Source of the DNA: Octopus bimaculoides
Lineage: Eukaryota
Direction of reading: 5' to 3'
Assembly: GCF_001194135.2 (NCBI RefSeq)
Contig: NC_068989.1
Coordinates: forward strand, 26,565,646 to 26,629,645
DNA length: 64,000 nt
The notes below the pieces were generated by a model that saw nothing but the letters and a program-made list of their open reading frames with translations, searched no databases and was not told the origin of the DNA. Position 1 is the stretch's first letter. Each line of letters starts with the position of its first letter. The position numbers were made by a program, and so were the translations under genes. Below are positions 11,131 to 22,215 of this stretch, one piece after another.

Positions 11131-13430
11131 TCAAATGTATGGACAGGCACAAAGACATGTAGAAGGAGGGGCTGACTTTCATGTACAGCGTTCTGCACAC
11201 TCAGTTTCATATTGGCACAATTTAAGTGCTTGGTATAGTTCTGCTATGGCTCTTAGTTCAGTCAAGTGAATAGTGAATGTGCCATCGTCATTATTTTCCA
11301 CCCCTAAGTGATGGCAGTGCTGGCTTCGTCTGGAGAGCCTGACCCCGTATCTGACCCACCTGATATGTAGCTCGTAGGACGTGCTGGATAAGAGCTCCTC
11401 GGGTGGGTGAGATTGCAGCATAGTGTATGTTCATCTCTGCAAACCTGATTTTACGGGCTTTATTTACAGACAACTCCGAAATGGATCAATCATACAACAG
11501 AACAAGGAGTCCTTCTATTACTAGAATCTGATCTTCTGTGATGTCTGCACAAGGTGCAGACAGCTGAGGAAATGTGTTCTTACGTTGAGGGAAAATGTCC
11601 AGGTTTTGAAAGCAGGATGTCTTGCCTCTTCCTTTAAAGGCACCCCGTGTATCACTGCCAGTCACTCCATGGAAACAAAATAACTCACAAACCTTCTCCT
11701 CAAGTTTACCGCCTTTGCTGTTGACCGGTAACCATCTCCTGCATTTACCCACTCCATACGCAACCCACAAGTGGTCTAAACCATTTCCCTTGAAAACAGG
11801 GAATATTGCCACTGCTACGACGACTATATCAATGTCCATTGCAAGGATGGTTGCTTTAGTAATGTAGCTGTGCTTCCCAGCATTCATAACATGGACAAAA
11901 ATCCTAATGTCAGCTTCTTCAAGGGAACAATCGGTCATGTCTTCCATTATGTGTTTTACCTCACTTTCTTTATTGCTAGCACATGAAGAAAACTGCGCCA
12001 GTTCTGGGGAACCTTTCTTTTTCTGTTACTTGGCGTCGGATTCCCCTGCCTCTTTGTAACCATGAAAGATTTCAGTGACTGTGAATTTTAAGTACTGAAT
12101 ACTACATCAAGTTGCGTTCCTTGAAGGTTAGATATTTGGGTCGAATAGCATGTCCTAGGTGTGCTCCGTCACTGAATAAGGCATCAGTTTCTGGCTCGTC
12201 TGCAGACATTCCCACCTTCGTCTCTAGGCATGCAATAAGTTCTGATTTTGTTCCGCGGTAGAGATCTCCGTTTGATCTGAGGGAAGCTAGGACGTTTGCA
12301 TTTTCATACCTAAAGAACTCATTCATATTTAGTTGTTTTGTTTGGCAAGAGATGGACAAGTTTGCAAAAAGATTGCAGTCTTATTTCACTGCATTCTCTA
12401 GCTTGTGGTCTTTATTCTGCGTCTATCGAATAATTTGAAGCTGTTCCGCTTCAAAGTGTGGCATACGTTTTCTAGATTAGATATCAATCACTCAAACTGC
12501 TTTGTTCCTTCATGAATGTAATTCTACAAAGCATCACTGTGTTTTACAACTTTTGATTCTAGTGTCAGTATCTCAGAGGATGTTTCGTCTGAGAATGGAT
12601 TTCCGAAATCTTCTACTGTTTTACAAAGACTCTACTTATCTTCCAGGAATGTCTTTTGGACAGGAGTGTGTTCCTCGTTTGCTTTTTGATAATTCATCAT
12701 ATTCCCCACGAAGGCCACATATCTCTGACCCTGATACCATCCATCTTAGCAAGGCAGACTCATTCTTCATGATAAATACAGTGCCTCCATTTCCCTTGAT
12801 TAGAGAATTATTTTGCTCATGGGCTTGACCCACTCTGATGGAAGAGAATTGTTTTTCTGTCTAGTGGATCACAAACCTACCTCCTGCAAACTCTTCAAGG
12901 TCAAATGGATCGGCCTCAGGCATCTTTAGCATATCATTGATGTTCACAGACGGCCATCTTGTATAATGGGTACTGCTCCTGGCAAGAAAGTACGACATCA
13001 AGGCATTCAGTGAGGCAAGGCACCCTATGAAATCTCCCACGCTGATTGACAGGATAACCCCAAGAATAATTATTTCGAGTCTGAACACCATGTTCCACCT
13101 CAAGAACTGGGGTTCCTGATCTTCACATTCGGCATCAAAGCTCCTAGACTCATCACTTGCCTCATATGCCTTTTTCATTAGCTTATACAAGCTGCAAGCA
13201 GTTACCTAATTATTCTTCTTGTTTTTGTTACACTAGAGGTAGACATAAAGACTCAGTTGTGCCAGAGGTTGCAATGCCAACTTCTTCAATCGCTGTTGTC
13301 CACCCACTCCAACGACTGATGGCAATGATTATGGCGGTATTCACCAACTTAAACAAGGAGACCATCCAGTTGCAGGAGATAATGGAGGCCGTGTTTGAAG
13401 CCAATGAGGATTTTATTGAATAGATTTACT
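11131..13430 (-). mobile_element. Academ-like (AcademX) DNA transposon relic: fragmented transposase with XPG-like nuclease and C-terminal Cys-rich finger
   Basis: ORF track and hand translation give SGWTTAIEEVGIATSG, LYKLMKKAYE, MGQAHEQNNSLIKGNGG, EFFRYENANVLASL, CSLEEADIRIFVH..DIDIVV..LWVAYGVGK..FHGVTGSD..FKGRGK, SPTRGALIQHVLRATYQ and C...CAERCT..CLCAC. The EAD/DxD/GxD set is the XPG/FEN1 catalytic pattern. Many stops and frameshifts; no TIRs found. Confidence 0.75.
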
Positions 13431-13471
13431 CTTTAGTATTTCCAAATATTTCAATGTAGTTTATATATATA

Positions 13472-13640
13472 CGCGTAGGAGTGGTTGTGTGGTAAGTAGC
13501 ATGCTTACCAACCACATGGTCCCGGGTTCAGTCCCACCCACTGCCTGGCATCTTGGGCAAGTGTATTCTACAATAGCCTCGGGCCGACCAAAGCCTTGTG
13601 AGTGGATTTGGTAGACGGAAACTGAAGGAATCCCGTCGTA
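13472..13640 (+). mobile_element. SINE family 1, 5' half (tRNA head + CORE-like block), running into (TA)n and a gap
   Basis: A-box-like gtggttgtgtggtaag, B-box-like gggttcagtccc, cttgggcaagtgt block (CORE-like), gtgagtggatttggtagacggaaactgaa. It sits at the truncated 5' end of the Academ relic. Confidence 0.85.
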
Positions 13641-14136
13641 TATATGTATATATATATATATATNNNNNNNNNNNNNNNNNNNNNNNNNNNNNNNNNNNNN
13701 NNNNNNNNNNNNNNNNNNNNNNNNNNNNNNNNNNNNNNNNNNNNNNNNNNNNNNNNNNNNNNNNNNNNNNNNNNNNNNNNNNNNNNNNNNNNNNNNNNNN
13801 NNNNNNNNNNNNNNNNNNNNNNNNNNNNNNNNNNNNNNNNNNNNNNNNNNNNNNNNNNNNNNNNNNNNNNNNNNNNNNNNNNNNNNNNNNNNNNNNNNNN
13901 NNNNNNNNNNNNNNNNNNNNNNNNNNNNNNNNNNNNNNNNNNNNNNNNNNNNNNNNNNNNNNNNNNNNNNNNNNNNNNNNNNNNNNNNNNNNNNNNNNNN
14001 NNNNNNNNNNNNNNNNNNNNNNNNNNNNNNNNNNNNNNNNNNNNNNNNNNNNNNNNNNNNNNNNNNNNNNNNNNNNNNNNNNNNNNNNNNNNNNNNNNNN
14101 NNNNNNNNNNNNNNNNNNNNNNNNNNNNNNNNNNNN

Positions 14137-14169
<33 letters not shown>

Positions 14170-16696
14170 TACATATATTGTACAACTTGTAGTCTTGTAC
14201 GTGCTATTATATGAATAACTAGTGTTGAGTTTACATACAGCCTTGTGTTTTAGCTAGTATTGTATCTATATATCGCTTTACATATAAATCCATCCATCCA
14301 TACAAACATCGATACATCCATCCACACATACGCATGAACATACATATATACACATATAATTGTATGACCAAAAGCAGTGATGTTTTTGCCATTAGGTTGA
14401 GAATATTGTTTATAAGCTACTATATAGAGTAGAGCAAAGTGATTTTTTTAATGTTGAATCATACCGGTAAAAAAAGTTTCCCGAATGGATGTAACAATCA
14501 AAGTGCGTGATAAAATGAAAATAATGCCCTAACAGAAGTTAGTGCTTATTACTCACTGTTTCGTAGATTTCTACAAATCACTAGACGCAAATATAAAATG
14601 CAGTCATACTCAACAGAATAAGAAAGTGTTATCCTTAAGGAAAATTATCCTTCCGACTCTACAAAATATAATTCGATTTTTATCTTAGTCCATATTTCTT
14701 TTACACTTAGTTCACACAAGTATTTATTTATTAGGATGCGGACGATTTACTTGACACGTTGAAATTTTACTTGAAGTTCAGTGTTTCCATATGTTCAATC
14801 ACCTATTCTATATATATATATCCGATCAAATTTGAATCAGTTTGCAGTGTGCAATCCAATAATACAGGAGTATATTTGAAAGAATAATGTCCTTTTTTCT
14901 TTCTATTGAAACACAAAGACTAATGGTCGTGTTGAGTCAGAATAATTACAAAATACCTTATCATTTGAAACAGCAATAAATAGTTGATAATTTAGTAAAT
15001 ATGAGTACGTAAAATGAAAGATTTCAGAAACAACATGTCCATTCTTTTTTCTGGTATTAATACATAAAAATGACCTTATTTCAAAGGTTAGATTAATAGT
15101 GTATAGCAACGTCGTTTATGGATGTGCAATTGGCATCAAATGCTAGGGTTCCAGGATTAGCTCCCTAGTAATTTAGGCATATGACTAATGATGAGTAGGT
15201 CTTTCAAAATTGCGAATACATGTAACACAGCGAGATATGTTGTACAGCATTTTTCATATGAATGTAAAAGAATGATACTATACTTTCTTTCATGTGTTGC
15301 AGTTTTCTGCGTTAGTGCTTTCGCGATAACCCGGCCCCTATTGCAAAGGCTGCAAATGTAAATATCTTAGTAGTTTTTGATCCATGAACTTAGTCAGGAT
15401 TTAAGTTTAGATTGAATTGATTTATTTCGCGAGAAGCACTTACCCAACAGGAAACAAACGGTGCAGCTGTTTAGGGAACGTGGCGATTTTGAATGAGCAA
15501 ACTGTTGTGCCTCTACTTCATGGATTCTGTTATTTCTAAGATAATATTATGCAACGTTTCTGTTATTTACACATACATATGTACATTGAGGAGGGTGTGG
15601 TTACACTTTTATAGGCTGAATAACTTTCTGTGGTTAGCGGGTACTTCCATCACTTGGTACTACAGAAATGTGCTCCATTCCTAAGGTGAGGACATTAGCT
15701 TAGTATATTACTGCTCATCTATCATATAAATAAATATCACAGAAGAATATTTCATTTTAAGAGCACAAGTTAATTCTGATTTCCATCGTCTAATTAAAAT
15801 AAAAGATAGTGTTTAAGCAAAAATAATCATAATTAAGACAATAAGATATTCCAATCAAAACGACAATGCATTTTGTTGATATACAAAAAAGGTATTGCGC
15901 TTTGTATTTTTAATAGAAAATAGTCTGTCAAGAGCACTTACTTTTTAATTAGAAAATACTTAATTAAACTTGAAAATATAATACAACACCGCGAAACTTT
16001 GGTCGCTGTATCGTTACTAAATATAACGGTTTCGTCGATTTCAACATTTTATTTTAACGTTTAAAATAACACATTTACAATTAGGAATAGTAAGTTGTTC
16101 TGGAGCAATTAAATTCATATTTTAGAAATATAGATTACCATTGCCTCCATTATGAAAGTCGCTCCTTTCCTATAAATATACCAATATTCATGCATACTCA
16201 CATCAAAAAATCTCATATACGAGTATATCTGTTTGTCTGTGTCCACGTGAGTAAATATGTCTGAGTGGGGGTGAGGTGTATGTGTGTGTTATGTCTATGT
16301 ACGTGTGTGTATCTGTGTGTGCTTGTACGTGCGTGCGTTTACCAACGATACAAGTACAATAAGTATATCATGAAAATACTGGAGCGTATCGCTTGCCGAA
16401 AGTGAACCAAGTTTGTCTCAATAAATGTTTGAATACGATATGTATCACAATGGAATGAGTTTTCAACTTCTGTAAAGAAATCTGGTTTAAGTAAACATAT
16501 CAGTGGATCAGCTCACGTGGTTCACTTTTTTCAATTCCCTCATACACACTTCATTGGTACTTTTCATAACCTCTTAAGTCCCAGTTGAATCTTCGTACTA
16601 TTTTTGTCAACGTCATCTGTTCTTATTAACACCACGTAATTCCATGCTTATTGCAACTATCCTAGTATGTATATGTGCGCGTGCATATCAGTATGA

Positions 16697-16746
<50 letters not shown>

Positions 16747-16749
<3 letters not shown>

Positions 16750-17040
16750 TAGTTTTATTTTTATAGCGTGCTTTCACTTCACTACCGAGCGCAGCTCTGT
16801 GCGCATTGGGTATGTACTGTGGTTTGCTGTGGTGCTCTTATGTTTACTGTATTGAAAGTGTTTTGCGTAGAATGTGTGCAGTACCCAGTAGTGCAATTTT
16901 CTGTATTTTATATATATTTGTAAGTCCTGCTATTTTTGTTATGTATTTGTCTGAATATTTTTTTATTATACCTAACGCACCTACTATGATAGGAATTGTT
17001 TCTGTTTTTGTCCTCGTGTTTTGCTATCTCAGTGTTTATA
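16747..17040 (-). mobile_element. R4/Dong-like non-LTR retrotransposon 3' end (endonuclease C-terminus + 3' UTR) embedded in (TAA)n
   Basis: Near-identical to the reverse complement of 41840-42120 (..IPIIVGALGIIKKYSDKY..QKIALLGTAHILRKTLSIQ*); (TTA)n tracts on both sides (16700-16746, 17074-17195). Confidence 0.85.
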
Positions 17041-17072
17041 TTATTATTTGGCATTGCTGTGTGACTACTATC

Positions 17073-17134
<62 letters not shown>

Positions 17135-17153
17135 GTTGTTGTTGTTGTTGTTG

Positions 17154-17196
<43 letters not shown>

Positions 17197-17582
17197 GTAA
17201 GGAAATCGATCGTGTGGCTGGGGTGGGAACAGGAATGGGTAGTATATGTGGGAGTATAAACGTATATATGCACACGTATACGCCCATATATCTACGTGTA
17301 TGCAATCGTACTTATATGAGTGTGCATACGCGCGTGGATGTACATTAATACGCGCGCTTACACACAGACACGCACGCATACGCAAGCGCACCCGCACATG
17401 CACGCATTTGCACATATACACGCGCAGACATGCACAAGCGGTATGTACAAGGGGTGAGAGTATACGAGTAGACAAGGATGGAGAAATGTTGGTGATTGGT
17501 ACTTTGCAGTGCTTTTCATGGGGATTATTTGTGAGGGTGACTTTGTTGCAGACGGTGTTATTGCTGGCTGGTACTAAAGAGA

Positions 17583-17851
17583 CACTTAAAATATACTATG
17601 GCATAACAACAACTAAGATTTCAAATTTAAAAGGACATCTAGCAATCGACGAAGGGACAGAATCTTACAGCCGTTTCGGCGTAGCGGTGGCATGCCCTCA
17701 ATTACTCCAGCGTACCGGAGTTATATAGATAGAAAGGGGCATGCCAAAGCTAGGCCAAAACAGCTGTAAGATTTTGTCCCTTCTTCGGTTGATAGATGTT
17801 CTTTTAAATTTGAAATCTTAACTGTTGATATGACATAATATGTCATAAGTG
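17583..17851. mobile_element. Foldback/MITE-like element with about 115-bp imperfect inverted arms
   Basis: 17583-17698 pairs with 17736-17851 (taagatttcaaatttaaaag / cttttaaatttgaaatctta; gaagggacagaatcttacagc / gctgtaagattttgtcccttc; ggcatgccc / gggcatgcc). Confidence 0.75.
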
Positions 17852-18013
17852 CTTGTATATTGTCTTTTTGGTTGTAAAATAAGCGGATTAATCAACAGAG
17901 TACAGTGTCTGCAAGTTAATGAGTACCTCATATTCCCCTCCATTTTTTTATTGCTATATAAATTTAGGGTAAAAACCCCCTTTACAAGCACCCACTTGGT
18001 ATAACACTAGTTT

Positions 18014-18054
<41 letters not shown>

Positions 18055-18489
18055 GAAGAAATAAGTGATATAGGCATCCACTTTATACAGCTCAACCATT
18101 TAGCGCTCTGATAGAGCATCAATAATATAAAATTAAGAAGAGAAAACAAATTCAAAGACCGATGTATGTATTCATTCAATCCACATTAACAAAATTCTCC
18201 NNNNNNNNNNNNNNNNNNNNNNNNNNNNNNNNNNNNNNNNNNNNNNNNNNNNNNNNNNNNNNNNNNNNNNNNNNNNNNNNNNNNNNNNNNNNNNNNNNNN
18301 NNNNNNNNNNNNNNNNNNNNNNNNNNNNNNNNNNNNNNNNNNNNNNNNNNNNNNNNNNNNNNNNNNNNNNNNNNNNNNNNNNNNNNNNNNNNNNNNNNNN
18401 NNNNNNNNNNNNNNNNNNNNNNNNNNNNNNNNNNNNNNNNNNNNNNNNNNNNNNNNNNNNNNNNNNNNNNNNNNNNNNNNNNNNNNNNN

Positions 18490-18520
<31 letters not shown>

Positions 18521-18649
18521 ACACGCACGTGCGCAGACGAGTGCACTGATGGGCGTGCATGCGTGTGTGCGCGCAAACAGGTATGTAAGCGTACATGCAT
18601 GTGAATATATATATGTGTGAATACAGAAGCAAAGGAGATAGCCACGCAC

Positions 18650-20200
18650 CGTTATATAGAGGATCACGTGGCGAAGCAGTGTGACCATAAGTCTTATTTC
18701 CACTCTAATCCCAAATGCACGCTGATCAACGGTCTAAAATTTAGATAGATATTATTAGCAATCGTATCCTCGATACTATCAACTCCAATATCAGAAGGGC
18801 TTCAGGATTTACTAAATGTAGCCGTGGTCGACTTGTTCCGCGGTATCAAGAATAAATCAGCCTGTACATGCACCCAGTTCGACATTGTCGACTTTTACCC
18901 TTTCATATCTAAGCCCCTCCTTCTGAAGGCCTAAACGTTTACTTAGCAATACACAATCATTAGTGACCTTGACATCAGAATTATCATGAATACCAGAAAG
19001 TCAATTCTGGCTTACGATGATTTCTATTGAGTGAAAATAGAAGGCGACCCATTGTTTGACGTCTGTATGGATGGCTTTGACGGGGCTGAGATCGCCGACA
19101 TCTTTGGTTTATACATCTTGGATTCCTTCAAAAGACGTACACACCCTCATAGTTCGGCCCCCTATAAAGACGATGGCCTGGCTATCTCAAGCCATATGAA
19201 TGGTCGCACCATAGAAAAGTTCATGAAGGACTTCAAAAAATATTTAAAGTGTTCGGCATGTCCATAACGGTTACGCCAACCTGACTACTGTCGATATCTT
19301 GCACGTAAACTTAGACATTAGTACTTGAAAGTATTACCCATACAGGATGCCCAACGAGGACAAAGTACACGTTTCTAGGAATTAGTAAACGACTATCTAC
19401 TCTCTCAGCTAATAGAGAGATCTTTAACAGGGTTACCCTCACTACAGCAATGCTTTGGAGCGGGTTTACTGAGAATCTTACTCTCGACTTACCCAAAAAG
19501 GATTAGGGCGAGGAGAAATTATATGGTACAAACCGAATTTCAGCCCAGACGTTTCTATCAACGTAGCTAGGAGCATCTGGTAGCTAATTAACACTTCTCC
19601 AGAGGCCATAATTAGTACAATCTATTTAACCACAGAGAGTGCCAGTTAACTATGCCTGCTTTAGCATCATCACATCTAACATCACACGCATCAACATACA
19701 TAAAAAGGCATCCACACTACCCCAACCCCAACCTGCAACTCTCGAAACCCCACCATGTGCCCTCTAGAAGAATCTTGCTTCCAAGAGCCTATTATAGAGA
19801 ACCACCACTACATCAGCCAGCAGCATTACTAGACACTATATATTCCCAGCATATGCACTCGTTGAAATCCAGGGACAGAGAGAGCTCTACTACTGTGTTT
19901 CGGTTTCGGTGGAAACTCCGTGATCCCTGAGATGAAACAGTCAGCATCAAGTGGACAGTTGTGGACAGAGCACTACCAAATTCACTCGGCGTCCCAACTG
20001 CCAGCTCTGCCTCCGCGAAAAACTCCATATCGTCCAGAATGCGTCATTTTTATATAATCCTGCATTTATATTCGGGATTTTCTCCTTAATAATGGGGAAT
20101 GAAAATAATCCTACTGTATCCGTAATTTGGGCAGAATCTAAAGATCCCATCGTGGCGTCGAAGTCAACATAGGTGTCACTACGTGTCCAACACTTATTAT
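18650..20200 (+). mobile_element. Decayed PLE with RT and C-terminal GIY-YIG (possibly Hydra-clade type)
   Basis: Motifs across frames: QFDIVDFYP (motif A), LFDVCMDGFDGAEIAD..GLYIL (motif B), YKDDGL (motif C), IIWY, TCNSRNPTMCPLEESC, and CQLCLREKLHI at the C-terminus; many frameshifts. Confidence 0.85.
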
Positions 20201-20405
20201 TGTAAGAGATTAAGGTTTTCCTCGCTATTAGTATTATATCTCTGTCTAATTGCTGCCTATATGAAATATATGATATATACGTATGTGTGTGGGTGTATGC
20301 GTATGTATATGCATGTATATATTTGTATGTATATATAAATTAATACACATAAATACATTAGGTACAATCTGCTGTGAACAAAAAGTTTGTGGAATATTTT
20401 ATTTC

Positions 20406-20695
20406 GTCTGTCATAAAATTTCTGAAGTTTTTGAAAGATATCATATTTCATTTTTCTTTTTGTTTTTGTTTTAAGTAGAACCTGTATAAGAGTGTTACTC
20501 TATGTACACCCTTATTATTCCTAATGCAAGAAGGTGCATAAATATTGAGCCTCGTCTATTTAAACGAAATTATATATCGGTTTTACAACAAGTTTATGCT
20601 CTGATTTTACCAAAGTATGATGTCTTAGTATTTTTCACAAATAAGATATTGCATCAAGTCCGCAGGTCACGCAAAACAAATTTTAAACTAACCGT
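20406..20695 (+). repeat. Local duplication, copy 1 (copy 2 at 23675-23964); 20247-20358 is also repeated at 22997-23105
   Basis: About 290 bp nearly identical with scattered substitutions (gtataagag/gtagaagag, caccc/catcc, caacaag/caaaaag, gatgtc/gatgac). Confidence 0.9.
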
Positions 20696-21034
20696 AATAT
20701 TGTCTGATAATAGTTGTCAATATCGAATTGGAAGAAGTAAGTATTATTCTTGCATTTATGTGAGCAGAAACAAGTGATAGTATCCCCGGTACTATACCAA
20801 AGAGGCAATTTCACGCCTATTTTCTCATAGCGATTGAAAATTCAAAGAGGGCAACACTTTTCAAGAAACAATACCGTAGGGCTCTATTTATTGAGCGATT
20901 AAACTAAAGTATTAATTAGAAATGGACAACTTTGAAGATCGATAATCCTCCTCATCAAAACTAACATATATCTAAACAGAGACGGTACATATACGCCATT
21001 ATAAATATGCAAATATATAACATATTAAAACACA

Positions 21035-21076
<42 letters not shown>

Positions 21077-22079
21077 NNNNNNNNNNNNNNNNNNNNNNNN
21101 NNNNNNNNNNNNNNNNNNNNNNNNNNNNNNNNNNNNNNNNNNNNNNNNNNNNNNNNNNNNNNNNNNNNNNNNNNNNNNNNNNNNNNNNNNNNNNNNNNNN
21201 NNNNNNNNNNNNNNNNNNNNNNNNNNNNNNNNNNNNNNNNNNNNNNNNNNNNNNNNNNNNNNNNNNNNNNNNNNNNNNNNNNNNNNNNNNNNNNNNNNNN
21301 NNNNNNNNNNNNNNNNNNNNNNNNNNNNNNNNNNNNNNNNNNNNNNNNNNNNNNNNNNNNNNNNNNNNNNNNNNNNNNNNNNNNNNNNNNNNNNNNNNNN
21401 NNNNNNNNNNNNNNNNNNNNNNNNNNNNNNNNNNNNNNNNNNNNNNNNNNNNNNNNNNNNNNNNNNNNNNNNNNNNNNNNNNNNNNNNNNNNNNNNNNNN
21501 NNNNNNNNNNNNNNNNNNNNNNNNNNNNNNNNNNNNNNNNNNNNNNNNNNNNNNNNNNNNNNNNNNNNNNNNNNNNNNNNNNNNNNNNNNNNNNNNNNNN
21601 NNNNNNNNNNNNNNNNNNNNNNNNNNNNNNNNNNNNNNNNNNNNNNNNNNNNNNNNNNNNNNNNNNNNNNNNNNNNNNNNNNNNNNNNNNNNNNNNNNNN
21701 NNNNNNNNNNNNNNNNNNNNNNNNNNNNNNNTATATATATGTATGTATAAGTATATGTGTTATGTGAAATGATGTGTGTGTACACACGCATATTCAAGAG
21801 AGTGGGTTGAATATTTCATAGGTTAGTTATGAATAAGTTCCATTACAGCCGTGAAATATTGTATGCATTAATTTCCACTCTTGGTATTAATACTGCCTCC
21901 TTTTGTTCAATGTAAACTGATATATGACTGCTCAAACAGTACTTCAAAACTAGCTACTAGTGGTCTCTCTTGAAAACAGTTGAAATTTACCCTTACGGTG
22001 TTATCGAGTACCTGCAGGACATGAATAACTTATGAAAGCCACCTAGTGAAGACATGTAATGTTATATGTTACAGACATA

Positions 22080-22215
22080 CTTTGGGAACCATTTCTCATT
22101 CGAGTAAAGTGTTATTGTTTGTAGAGGTGCATCTAGGAGTATGTCCTTTATCTCGGATTTGTTAGAGGAATTTGTCCAGGGTTAGTCTAAATGTTTGAAC
22201 TGTTTAAATATAGTT
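22080..22215 (-). mobile_element. Possible CR1/L2-type LINE 3' coding remnant
   Basis: Minus strand gives TLDKFL* followed by a frameshifted TPRCTSTNNNTLLE*, resembling LINE C-termini of the form LDKFL..IPD.P...NS. Confidence 0.3.
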
